Below are positions 8,908 to 17,896 of a stretch of DNA of 64,000 nucleotides, piece by piece. A program made the translations under genes and the position numbers. The first letter of the stretch is position 1. Every line of letters begins with the position of its first letter. Where the stretch lies: NCBI GenBank assembly GCA_017935905.1, contig JAGBGO010000027.1, forward strand, positions 17,289-81,288. Direction: 5' to 3'. Below the pieces are notes generated by a model. It worked only from the letters and a program-made list of their open reading frames with translations. It was not told the DNA's origin and did no database searches. This stretch comes from Clostridia bacterium (GTDB lineage Bacteria > Bacillota > Clostridia > UBA1212 > UBA1255).

Positions 8908-9135
8908 AAAACCACCAGTCCGGCCGGTGGTTCCAAAAACCTTTAGCTATGAGTAGAAAAAATATCCTCCTTTGTATAGAATAAAGTGGGTTTGCCAACC
9001 ACGAAGGGAAAAGTATCTTGATGATATTCGAAAAGTATGCAAATTTGAAATACAAATATGGAAACCGACTTTTTTTGGTGTAGAGGATTTTACATGGATA
9101 CGGTAGAAAGCAACAAAAAAGCAATTGCAGAACGC
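8908..9135 (+). mobile_element. IS200/IS605-family tnpA remnant with left end
   Basis: Hairpin ACCACCAG-TCCGG-CCGGTGGT and a left-end-like leader; GKSILMIFEKYANLKYKYGNRLF, frameshift, WCRGFYMDTVESNKKAIAE matches the IS200 TnpA C-terminal half. Confidence 0.8.
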
Positions 9136-9242
9136 ACAGAATCCGATATAAACAAAAAACATTTTACTTCATACCGTTTTATGCTATAATCCGCTTGTTA
9201 GACAAAATAGAGTTTTGGAATATTTTTCGAAAGGATGACCAT

Positions 9243-10304
9243 ATGAAAGTTTCCGGTTTAACCACGCCCGCATTAGTATTAGACGTCAATATCCTTAATT
9301 CCAATATCTCCGCGATGAATCGCATTCTCGAAGATAGCACTTTAAAACTCCGCCCTCATTACAAATCGCATAAATGTGCCGCGCTTGCAAAAATGCAGAT
9401 CAAGAACGGCGCGATCGGTATGACTTGTGCAAAGCTGAGCGAGGCAGAAGATCTGTGCGATATCGGGGTTGAAGATATTTTAATCGCAAATCAAATTGTT
9501 GATCCCGCAAAAATTCACAAGCTTGCTGATCTGGCGAACAATTGCCGTCTTACAGTTTGTGTAGATAACATCGACAATATAACCGCCCTTTCTGTCGCTG
9601 CCAAAAGCTGCGGCTCAATCATTCACTGTTTAGTCGAATACGATATTGGGATGCAAAGGTGCGGCGTTCTAACAAAAGAAGATGTTTTGGCACTTGCAAA
9701 ACACATTTTGAATTGTGACAATCTTGAATTTGACGGTTTACAAGCCTATGCAGGACATATTTCACACATTGAGGATATGAACATCCGCAAACAAATGACC
9801 GCAGAAAATTATAATAAATTAAGAGAACTTATTTCGTACTTAACTGAAAACGGCGTTCCGGTTAAAACGGTTTCAGGGGGAAGCACTGGAACTTCTGAAA
9901 TAAAAGCCGCCGAAGGACTTTATAACGAATTGCAAGCAGGCAGTTATTTGTTTATGGATGCAACTTACCGTTCATTATCCTTGCCGTTTAAGAATTCGCT
10001 TTTTATTCTTACCACGGTTGTTAGCCAAAGAGAAGGACTGACGGTTGTTGATGCCGGTGTTAAGACTTGCGGAACAGACCAAGGAATGCCCGTTCTTTAT
10101 AAAGGCAGTGCCGGTGAAATCGTTGCCAGCGAAGAGCATTTTCAAATTCATCATTACACAGAGAATACCAACGTTGGAGACAAGATGCTGATTGTTCCCG
10201 CCCACTGCTGCTCTACCATAAATCTTTATGACAAAATTTACTTGATAGACGGAGATCAAGTCATTGACCGAATCCCGATAACCGCAAAGGGAATCGGAAG
10301 ATAA
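9243..10304 (+). CDS. DSD1/D-threonine-aldolase family PLP enzyme (fold type III)
   Basis: TPALVLD, RPHYKSHK (PLP Lys), QAYAGH, SGGSTGT, ELQAGSYLFMD, SEEH and PAHCCSTINLYD motifs. Confidence 0.88.
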   Translation: MKVSGLTTPALVLDVNILNSNISAMNRILEDSTLKLRPHYKSHKCAALAKMQIKNGAIGMTCAKLSEAEDLCDIGVEDILIANQIVDPAKIHKLADLANNCRLTVCVDNIDNITALSVAAKSCGSIIHCLVEYDIGMQRCGVLTKEDVLALAKHILNCDNLEFDGLQAYAGHISHIEDMNIRKQMTAENYNKLRELISYLTENGVPVKTVSGGSTGTSEIKAAEGLYNELQAGSYLFMDATYRSLSLPFKNSLFILTTVVSQREGLTVVDAGVKTCGTDQGMPVLYKGSAGEIVASEEHFQIHHYTENTNVGDKMLIVPAHCCSTINLYDKIYLIDGDQVIDRIPITAKGIGR

Positions 10305-10322
10305 CTCCCCTTTCTATGAAAA

Positions 10323-10352
10323 TGGCGCATCCGCTTCATCGCAGATACGCCA
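10323..10352. terminator. Hairpin between convergent genes
   Basis: TGGCGCATCCGC-TTCATC-GCAGATACGCCA imperfect stem; G-U pairing favours the minus strand. Confidence 0.45.
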
Positions 10353-10375
10353 AATACAGCCATTTTCCCCAGACC

Positions 10376-12139
10376 TTATTTATGCTCTAACTTGTACCGC
10401 TTAATCTTATGGGTGGTAGTCTTCTCGAACTCCTCCATCCGAAGTTCCATACGCTTGATACGCTTGTAGGTAACCAACTCTTTGTTGATCTTCTTAACTT
10501 CCTCCCAAAGCATCTTCTCCATGACTTCAGTAGAAGGATCCTCAATGCCGGCCTCTTTGAAACCGTCCGGATTCGGCACGATGGTCACGCAAATATCCGT
10601 ATCGGATTCCATACCGCCGTCGGCACCCCAAACAACACTTTCCTTTACAAAAGGAACCTTGTTAATCAATACTTCCAACTCTTCCGGGAAAATATTCTTA
10701 CCCGTCTTGGTAACGATCAAGTTCTTAATACGGCCCGTGATATGGAAACAACCGTTCTTGTCCATATACGCCTGGTCGCCGGTCTTAAACCAACCGTCTT
10801 CGGTAAATACAGCCTTGGTGGCTTCTTCGTTCTCATAGTAGCCAAGCATAATGTTGGGGCCTTTGGCTAAGATTTCGCCACGGCCTTCTTCATCCGGATT
10901 ACCTAATTTAATGGTAACACCGGGCATTGCAGGACCCACGGAAGCATAATCGTTCTTCACTTCCTGATTTACGCAAAGAATGGGAGAACACTCGGTAAGA
11001 CCGTAGCCTTGGCGAATCTTAATACCCATACGAGCCAAGTCCTTGGAAACCGAAGGGCTCATAGCCGCAGCGCCGGCAATCAGCAAACGAAGTTTGCCAC
11101 CCAACGTCTTATGCACTTGAGGGAACAATTTCTTACCCGCGTCAATACCGAAGAAATTCAGCACACCGGAAAGACCCATCAAGAACTTAAAGCCAATATA
11201 TTTCATCTTACTGGACTTGGCATTCTTCAAAATCTTGGCATGCACATTCTCAATAATCAAGGGAACCAACATAATAATGGTGGGTTGATACTCTTGAATA
11301 TTCTTGGCAATGTAACGAAGGCCCTCGCAGAAGGATACACAAGCACCCATTCGAACGGATACCAAGAAGGTACACGTACATTCGAAAGTGTGGTGGTTGG
11401 GTAAAATGGAAAGCATAGAATCTTCGGGACCGTGATCTAAACACTGCACAACGCTGTTGATGTTGCTGCAAATATTCTTCTGGGAAAGCATAACGCCCTT
11501 TGCAACACCGGTAGTACCGGAAGTGAAGATCAACACCGCCAATTTCTCCGGATCAATCACAACGGAATCAAAGCGGGTGTCGCCGCCCTCTAACAATTCT
11601 TTACCCCGGGCCAACAAAGCACTAAGTGCCGTGTGTTTCCGGGCTTCCAATTCTTCGCCCAAATCATCCATGCAAATGCGGTTGGTGATCTCGGGAATTT
11701 CATCCAAAACCTGATTCAAGCCCTTGGCGTAAATCTTATCCGAATAGAGAATACCAACGGAATGAGATGCCGTAAGAACCATTTTCACTTCGTCCGCCTT
11801 CAATTCCTTATCTACAGGAACCACAACGTGGCCGGCACAAGTTACCGCCAAATAGGAAAGACACCATTCATAACGGCTGTCGCCCATGACGGCAATGTGA
11901 GTGCGCTCCGGATACAATTCCATCAAAGCGGTTCCCAACATACGAATTTCTTCCCAGAACTCAATAAAAGATACGTGGCGAATGGTATCGCCGTCTTGTC
12001 CTTTGATCTTTACTAAATAAGCATCCTTGGGACCTACGTGCTTCACGGTGGTCTGCACCAAATCTCTGAAGTCAACCAGCGGCGGCGCCGTTAAGTCAAA
12101 GGCTTCCCAAACTTGCTCTTTCATTTCTTTCTCTGCCAA
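10376..12139 (-). CDS. Long-chain fatty acid-CoA ligase (AMP-binding)
   Basis: IFTSGTTGVAKGV, QGYGLTE, WFKTGD, ITGRIKNLIV and FEKTTTHKIKR motifs. Confidence 0.9.
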   Translation of the reverse strand: MAEKEMKEQVWEAFDLTAPPLVDFRDLVQTTVKHVGPKDAYLVKIKGQDGDTIRHVSFIEFWEEIRMLGTALMELYPERTHIAVMGDSRYEWCLSYLAVTCAGHVVVPVDKELKADEVKMVLTASHSVGILYSDKIYAKGLNQVLDEIPEITNRICMDDLGEELEARKHTALSALLARGKELLEGGDTRFDSVVIDPEKLAVLIFTSGTTGVAKGVMLSQKNICSNINSVVQCLDHGPEDSMLSILPNHHTFECTCTFLVSVRMGACVSFCEGLRYIAKNIQEYQPTIIMLVPLIIENVHAKILKNAKSSKMKYIGFKFLMGLSGVLNFFGIDAGKKLFPQVHKTLGGKLRLLIAGAAAMSPSVSKDLARMGIKIRQGYGLTECSPILCVNQEVKNDYASVGPAMPGVTIKLGNPDEEGRGEILAKGPNIMLGYYENEEATKAVFTEDGWFKTGDQAYMDKNGCFHITGRIKNLIVTKTGKNIFPEELEVLINKVPFVKESVVWGADGGMESDTDICVTIVPNPDGFKEAGIEDPSTEVMEKMLWEEVKKINKELVTYKRIKRMELRMEEFEKTTTHKIKRYKLEHK

Positions 12140-12207
12140 ATCAAGTCATCCTCTCTTGGTTTTTTCAACTACGTAAATGTTGATAGTTCAACATCTCTAC
12201 AGGCGGT

Positions 12208-12236
12208 ATTATACATTTATTCCGGTTTGGTGTCAA
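12208..12236 (-). promoter_or_regulatory. Sigma-A promoter for the acyl-CoA ligase
   Basis: Perfect TTGACA-N17-TATAAT on the minus strand. Confidence 0.8.
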
Positions 12237-12249
12237 CAGGAAAAATCTT

Positions 12250-12420
12250 TTGGGCAATACAGCTTATTTTTACACCCTACTGCCCAAATATTTTATAAAA
12301 ACACCAGTCCAGAGCCATTTTCCCGTGTTTTGAGACGTTTTTTGGGCAATAGCCAGGTAAAAAACGTCTTTATACCCAAACCTTGGGCAATAACCCTTAA
12401 AAAACAAGTTTGATGCCCAA
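12250..12420. repeat. Chain of gapped inverted repeats (TTGGGCA-N24-TGCCCAA x3 plus interleaved palindromes)
   Basis: Units at 12250-12287, 12342-12379 (one mismatch) and 12383-12420; 11-bp perfect arms at 12333-12343/12359-12369. Confidence 0.75.
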
Positions 12421-12438
12421 ACCGGCATCTTTACACCT

Positions 12439-13287
12439 TTATACGCCCCACATCTTCTCCGCCGCCTGCACCGACTGCTCCATTAAGGTACAAATGGTCA
12501 TGGGCCCTACGCCGCCGGGCACCGGCGTGTACGCAGAACACTTGGAAATACAATTTTCCAAGTCGATATCTCCCACGTTTCCGGCATTGTAACCGGCATC
12601 CACCAAAACAGCGCCTTCCTTCACCCAGTCAGCCTGCACGAAACGGGGCTTGCCCACCGCAGCCACAACCACGTCGGCGCGTCGCACAATTTCCGGCAGA
12701 TTCTCTGTTCTGGAATGGGCAATGGTCACCGTAGCATCTTCATTCAGCAAAAGCATAGCCACAGGCTTCCCTAAAATAGGACTGCGACCGATCACCACAA
12801 CCTCTTTGCCTGCAAGCTCTACGCCGTAATGTTTCAAAATTCGGATAATACCACCGGGGGTAGCACTGCGATAGCCCTCTTGTTTCATAGTTACAGCACC
12901 GAAGCTGGCCACGTTCACGCCGTCTACGTCCTTCACGGGAGCGATTGCGTTAAAGCACCGTGCTTCATCAATATGACGGGGAACGGGATGCTGGAGCAGG
13001 ATACCACATACGTCAGGATCCTCATTCAACGCTTCAATCTGTGCCAGCAGTTCTTCCGTAGTCGTCTCCGCGGGCATTTCCACGCGGCGAGGTTCTAAAC
13101 CAACCCGGCGGCAAGCCTTTCCCTTCATAGTAACGTACGTAACGGAGGCCGGGTTGTCCCCCACCAAAATCGTTGCCAGAACAGGGGTTCTGCCCGTCTT
13201 CTCTACTAGCTTCTGTACGCGGACAGAAAGTTCCGCCTCAATTTCCGTCGCCAATGCTTTTCCATTCAAAATAAGAGGTTCTGCCAT
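12439..13287 (-). CDS. folD: Bifunctional methylene-THF dehydrogenase/cyclohydrolase
   Basis: GILLQHP, KDVDG, GRSPILGKP and TPVPGGVGPMT motifs. Confidence 0.95.
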   Translation of the reverse strand: MAEPLILNGKALATEIEAELSVRVQKLVEKTGRTPVLATILVGDNPASVTYVTMKGKACRRVGLEPRRVEMPAETTTEELLAQIEALNEDPDVCGILLQHPVPRHIDEARCFNAIAPVKDVDGVNVASFGAVTMKQEGYRSATPGGIIRILKHYGVELAGKEVVVIGRSPILGKPVAMLLLNEDATVTIAHSRTENLPEIVRRADVVVAAVGKPRFVQADWVKEGAVLVDAGYNAGNVGDIDLENCISKCSAYTPVPGGVGPMTICTLMEQSVQAAEKMWGV

Positions 13288-13343
13288 TTATCTCAAATCC
13301 TTTCTTTCGGGTAAAATACGTATATATCTTACCACATTTTACC

Positions 13344-13664
13344 TTACGAGAACAACCCTAATATCAATTCCGCAATGTACACGCTTGCGCAGGCACAAAG
13401 GGCTACCGTAATCAACTTTTTACCCAGAAGCGCCAGCACAGCCGCCACTGCAAGCCCCACCACCGCTGACCAAATGCAGGAAGTGGCAAACAACATATCC
13501 GGCAGCACCATAGCCGCCAGCACCGTGTAGGGAATATAGTACAAGAACGAACGCACGAATTGGTTCTCAATCTTCCTTCGCACAAGCACGAAGGGCAGCA
13601 TACGAATCAGGTACGTAACCAGGGCCATCACGGCAATTCTGGAGAGCAAATAAGGTACCGACAT
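13344..13664 (-). CDS. azlD: AzlD-family branched-chain amino acid export subunit
   Basis: TYLIRMLP and FLYYIPYTVLAAM motifs; adjacent to azlC. Confidence 0.85.
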   Translation of the reverse strand: MSVPYLLSRIAVMALVTYLIRMLPFVLVRRKIENQFVRSFLYYIPYTVLAAMVLPDMLFATSCIWSAVVGLAVAAVLALLGKKLITVALCACASVYIAELILGLFS

Positions 13665-13665
13665 C

Positions 13666-14349
13666 CTACACCTCCTTCTTGGGGAACAGCCACGCGCCCA
13701 CGCAGGCCGCAGCTACCGCACACAAAATCAAAGCGAATCCGGGGGAAAGTGCCCGAATCCCCGGTGCCAAACGAACTACGCAGTGAAGGCCGGCACTAAG
13801 TCCTGCCACCCAAAAAACAGCCCGCTCTTTCTTGGCTTGGGGCAGTACGATGGCGATAAACATGGCGTAGAGGGCAGGATTGAGGGCAATTCGAACGGTT
13901 TCGGGTAAAATGCCCCCTGCAAGTGCCCCTAAAGTCGTTCCCAGTCCCCACCCGAAGGCGGAAATCAAACCAACACCATACATATAACGGTTGGAAACCG
14001 GTTTTTCCTGGGCACGGCACAGGGCGAAAATCTCGTCGGTCATAAAGAAGGCACACAAAAGGCGGTGCCCGGTGGTCATGGACGCATCCACGTGCTGGGA
14101 CAAAGAAAGGGACATCAAAGCATAACGAATATTAATAATCAACTGAGTCAGTGCCAGTTCCCCGATGCCGGCGAAAACGGCAATTAGAGAAACCCCGGCA
14201 AGTTGCCCTGCCGAGGTTAAATTTGTTAATGACGTAAGAATTACACTCCATACGGGAAGGGCCTTGCTGACGGCCGCAATGCCGAAGGAGAAGGATACGG
14301 ACAGGTATCCTAAGAAAATGGGAATTCCATCCCGAAGTCCGCGTTTCAT
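13666..14349 (-). CDS. azlC: AzlC-family permease
   Basis: GIPIFLGY, SAGQLA, INIRY and MTDEIFA motifs. Confidence 0.88.
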   Translation of the reverse strand: MKRGLRDGIPIFLGYLSVSFSFGIAAVSKALPVWSVILTSLTNLTSAGQLAGVSLIAVFAGIGELALTQLIINIRYALMSLSLSQHVDASMTTGHRLLCAFFMTDEIFALCRAQEKPVSNRYMYGVGLISAFGWGLGTTLGALAGGILPETVRIALNPALYAMFIAIVLPQAKKERAVFWVAGLSAGLHCVVRLAPGIRALSPGFALILCAVAAACVGAWLFPKKEV

Positions 14350-14352
14350 AAA

Positions 14353-14889
14353 TTACTTACAAAATACCTCAATGTAATTGGTAATACATTCCTGAATAAT
14401 CCGAATGGCTTCTGCACGGTTCTGTACCTCTCCGTCTACCGCCGTTTGCTTATGCTCCAGATTCTTGTAAACGGTAAAGAAGTGAGACATTTCTTCAAAC
14501 AAGTGGCTGGGAAGTTCCGAAATATCCTGGTACATATTGTAGTTGGGATCGCTGAAAGGAATAGCAATAATCTTCTCATCCCTGCGACCGCTGTCGATCA
14601 TGGTGATTACCCCGATGGGATAGCAGCGAACCAACGTCATCGGCTCGATTTCTTCAGAACAAATAATCAGCACGTCCAAGGGGTCCAGGTCGTCGCCGTA
14701 GGTACGGGGGATAAAGCCGTAGTTTGCCGGATAGTGGGTGGACGTATGTAAAATTCTGTCCAGACTCAACATACCGGTTGCCTTGTCCAGCTCGTACTTC
14801 TTCTTGCTTCCCTTGGGAATCTCAACAACTGCCACAAAATCTTCCGGATTAATCCGTTTCGGACTAATGTCATGCCAAATATTACTCAT
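14353..14889 (-). CDS. ppa: Family I inorganic pyrophosphatase
   Basis: VEIPKGS, KYE, YPANYGFIP and DLDPLDV motifs. Confidence 0.93.
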   Translation of the reverse strand: MSNIWHDISPKRINPEDFVAVVEIPKGSKKKYELDKATGMLSLDRILHTSTHYPANYGFIPRTYGDDLDPLDVLIICSEEIEPMTLVRCYPIGVITMIDSGRRDEKIIAIPFSDPNYNMYQDISELPSHLFEEMSHFFTVYKNLEHKQTAVDGEVQNRAEAIRIIQECITNYIEVFCK

Positions 14890-14919
14890 AGCAAACTCCT
14901 TTTTCTATTGTCAATAAAA

Positions 14920-15825
14920 TTATAGCACAGGCGGCGCGGTTTCGCAACCAAGGTCTATGGCGGCGGTGCGACCCAGCACTTCTCCCATGCGAATTAACGT
15001 TTCGTACCCGTCCTGGGTATTTTGCAATAAATCCTGCCGGATTTCTACCCGTCCCGGCTCCAACAAAAGCACCACGGTAGAACCGCCGAACTCAAAGCGG
15101 CCTTTCTCCGTGCCCCGCACCACGTCGCAGGAACCTTGCTGGTAATTTACGATTCTGCCCACCATCAGCGCCCCCACTTCCATTTGTACCACGGTGCCAA
15201 AAGTTTCAGAATCAATCACGCAAAATTCCCGGCAATTTTCTTTGTAAATGGGCACGTAATCGTTGGCAACCGGGTTTACCGTATGGAAAATGCCCTTGAT
15301 ATACTTTTGCTGGCTCTTCTGCCCGCTGACTGCATAGGCATACCGATGGTAATTATCCACCGTAAGGCGAAGCACCACGCAATAGCCTCCTGCAAACTTC
15401 TTGGCCAGTTCCTCGTCTCGCAGGAGGGAGGCAACCGTATAAGGAGTATGTTTAATGGTAAAATGGGTGTTCTCTTTAATAGGATACACGGATACTTTAC
15501 TGTCGCAAGGGCTGATCAAACTGTTTGGATCCGGAGAAATTTCCCGTTGATCCGGTTTGATCTGCCGCATAAAGAAAGCATTGTAGGACCGGTATTTACA
15601 AGGCACGTAAGCGCTCATATCAATTTGATTTTTGCGCACGAACCGCTTGATCATAGGCTTGGACAAAGGGCTGTTCATAAAAACTCTGCACGCACCTGTA
15701 ACCGGTCTTGCCGCCAGCACGCGAATCACGGCGCGGCCGCTTTTCTTTCCATACATCCGGGCCAAGAAACGATCTTGTTTGGTGTTGATTTCAATAAACT
15801 TGCCGTTTCCGTCCCGATATTTCAT
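14920..15825 (-). CDS. psd: Phosphatidylserine decarboxylase proenzyme
   Basis: FFMR, SPCDS, YHR, VGALMVG and EKGRFEFGGST (cleavage site) motifs. Confidence 0.9.
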   Translation of the reverse strand: MKYRDGNGKFIEINTKQDRFLARMYGKKSGRAVIRVLAARPVTGACRVFMNSPLSKPMIKRFVRKNQIDMSAYVPCKYRSYNAFFMRQIKPDQREISPDPNSLISPCDSKVSVYPIKENTHFTIKHTPYTVASLLRDEELAKKFAGGYCVVLRLTVDNYHRYAYAVSGQKSQQKYIKGIFHTVNPVANDYVPIYKENCREFCVIDSETFGTVVQMEVGALMVGRIVNYQQGSCDVVRGTEKGRFEFGGSTVVLLLEPGRVEIRQDLLQNTQDGYETLIRMGEVLGRTAAIDLGCETAPPVL

Positions 15826-16466
15826 AATAAAACTCCTACTACGATCAGTGCGCCGATTACGCCCATCACAATGGCTTCTTTCAAGCCGGGTTTCTTCACT
15901 TTAATGTCCCAAACCATCAAGAAGGCAGCCACGTAGAGCATCACCACGTAGGCGACGCTGGCTTTAGCAGGCGTCTGGTCCATAACGTTGGTAATGGCGT
16001 AAATCAGGGGGAAGATCAAGGCAGAAGAAGTAACGGGAAGTCCTTGGAAATATTTCCGGTTCTCGTCCGTTTCCTTCTGACGTTGCATTTCTTTCACGTT
16101 GTAGAATCCAAGTCGAATGACGGCAGCCAGCACGAACAAAGCGCCGCCAATCTTCACGATCCAGTGGCCACCTTTGTCCCACAAAGGACCGGATACAACG
16201 TAGTTTGCCAAGATTGCCGGAAATACGCCGAAACAAATCAAATCGCAAAGAGAGTCGATCTGAATACCGAAAACTTTCGCTTCCTCACTGCGATTGGGAT
16301 GATGACGGGCAATCTTTCCGTCGAACATATCGCACACGCCGGAGAAGATCAAGCATAAAAAAGCAATTTTAAAATGCCCGCTCACCGCACACGTAATTCC
16401 GTACAAGGAAGAACACAATCCGATATACGTCAGAATGACGGAATAGTTGTAGAAACCGATTAACAT
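15822..16466 (-). CDS. pssA: CDP-alcohol phosphatidyltransferase (phosphatidylserine synthase)
   Basis: CDMFDGKIAR...FGIQIDSLCD motif and FQGLP; adjacent to psd. Confidence 0.85.
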   Translation of the reverse strand: MLIGFYNYSVILTYIGLCSSLYGITCAVSGHFKIAFLCLIFSGVCDMFDGKIARHHPNRSEEAKVFGIQIDSLCDLICFGVFPAILANYVVSGPLWDKGGHWIVKIGGALFVLAAVIRLGFYNVKEMQRQKETDENRKYFQGLPVTSSALIFPLIYAITNVMDQTPAKASVAYVVMLYVAAFLMVWDIKVKKPGLKEAIVMGVIGALIVVGVLL

Positions 16467-17548
16467 CTTTCTTCATCTCTCTTTCTTTGTTTCCCAATTC
16501 TTCTCTGTCCAAGAAGATAGGAGACGACCGTAATGATCGCTCCGATAATTACAAGCAAATAATAGTTAATACCCCGGCTCAGCAGCATGCCCGGCACCAC
16601 CAAAGATGCACCGAACACCTGGGTGTACATCACCAGGAAACCGCCTTCGTTGGCACCAATTCCCCCGGGGAACGGCAGAATGTCCAATGCAAGGGACAAT
16701 ACCACTTGCAAGGCAATAATCTGGAAGAAACTGGTCCCGGAAAGGCCGAATGCCTCGTAAACCATAAACGTAATGGCAAAGAAGCACAGCCGCTGGAATA
16801 CCGTAATCCCGAACACTTCCCAAAGAAGTTCCTTTCTGCCCAAAAGCAAATCAGCGCCCCGGCTGTACCGTTCGATCACGTCTTCCACTTTCGCATCCCA
16901 TTGTTCCCGATTGCGCACCAACCGGAATTTACACAAAAGGTTTAATCCGCCTTTGGCGATCTTCCGCGCAGGATTGGGACGAAAAATCACAACCACCAAA
17001 AATGCGCAAAACGCCAGATTCAGTACAAGTCCCAATAGAAACACGTACAGCATGAACCCCAAGTTATCCAAAACGAACCCGGCGTTAAAAATAAACAACA
17101 CCAAAGAAAGTACGACCAATGCCAATTTGTACGCTAGCGTTACCACCAGCAGTACCAACGAGGATACACCGAAATCTAAACCGTCTCGTTTCATCCAAAC
17201 CAGTTGCACCGGTTGACCGCCGGAAGCCGATGGGGTAATCGCACTGAAGAAAAAGCCCACGTAAGAATATGCAATACACCGACGAAATTTCGCCGGCACA
17301 CGGAGTTTCCGGAATAAGTAATATAGGATAACCGATTCACAGCACACAAACACCGTGAGCAACACCACGCCGCCCAGAAGCCACCAAGGATTCGCCTTTC
17401 GCATATAGTGCCAAATTTGGGGCAATTCCTGCTTACTCAGCACCAAATATGCAGTAAAAATCAACAATACTGCAACCAACAACACATTCAGCAGTACTTT
17501 CAATACCTTACTCCATTTCGATGCGGTTTTCTTCGGTGCCGTTTCCAA
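16460..17548 (-). CDS. Lysylphosphatidylglycerol-synthase TM-domain (YbhN-like flippase) protein
   Basis: FFSAITPSASGGQP and PFPGGIGANE motifs, multi-TM; TTG start. Confidence 0.85.
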   Translation of the reverse strand: METAPKKTASKWSKVLKVLLNVLLVAVLLIFTAYLVLSKQELPQIWHYMRKANPWWLLGGVVLLTVFVCCESVILYYLFRKLRVPAKFRRCIAYSYVGFFFSAITPSASGGQPVQLVWMKRDGLDFGVSSLVLLVVTLAYKLALVVLSLVLFIFNAGFVLDNLGFMLYVFLLGLVLNLAFCAFLVVVIFRPNPARKIAKGGLNLLCKFRLVRNREQWDAKVEDVIERYSRGADLLLGRKELLWEVFGITVFQRLCFFAITFMVYEAFGLSGTSFFQIIALQVVLSLALDILPFPGGIGANEGGFLVMYTQVFGASLVVPGMLLSRGINYYLLVIIGAIITVVSYLLGQRRIGKQRKRDEERC

Positions 17549-17584
17549 AAAGGCTCTTTCCTTCCGTCGTTCTCTAACCTATTT

Positions 17585-17613
17585 AGTATACTCCAACCCC
17601 TAAGACTTGTCAA
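17585..17613 (-). promoter_or_regulatory. Sigma-A promoter for the flippase-pssA-psd operon
   Basis: TTGACA-N17-TATACT on the minus strand. Confidence 0.7.
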
Positions 17614-17671
17614 AGAAAAAACATAGAAAAGCCCCTTCTTATCCAAGGAAGAGGCTTATATTCAAACTGCT

Positions 17672-17896
17672 TTATTCAAAATAACTTTTCAGTTCCACAT
17701 AAATCCCTTTGCGCCGGAGGATTTTTTCCGCTGTCTCCCGAAAATGCTCCGGGAATTGCACGCTGTATCCACAGCCCATTTTACCGGACTTTAACGCCTC
17801 CGGAGTGTTCACAACTCCCGCCGGAACGCCCGCCGACCGCAAAAGTTGCTGCACTTGCAGCGCTTTGCTCTGGGGACCCAAATTAACGTAAATCAC
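17672..17896 (-). CDS. DUF3343-like small protein
   Basis: KALQVQQLL...TP...GCGYS pattern; overlaps the ispD stop. Confidence 0.65.
   Translation of the reverse strand: MIYVNLGPQSKALQVQQLLRSAGVPAGVVNTPEALKSGKMGCGYSVQFPEHFRETAEKILRRKGIYVELKSYFE

Noticed and set aside
12250-12420. CRISPR or TIGR array interpretation of the repeat chains (also 18707-18870)
   Set aside because: No 25-45 bp direct repeats at a regular period, no conserved internal loop repeat, and no cas or Nop-domain gene in the window.
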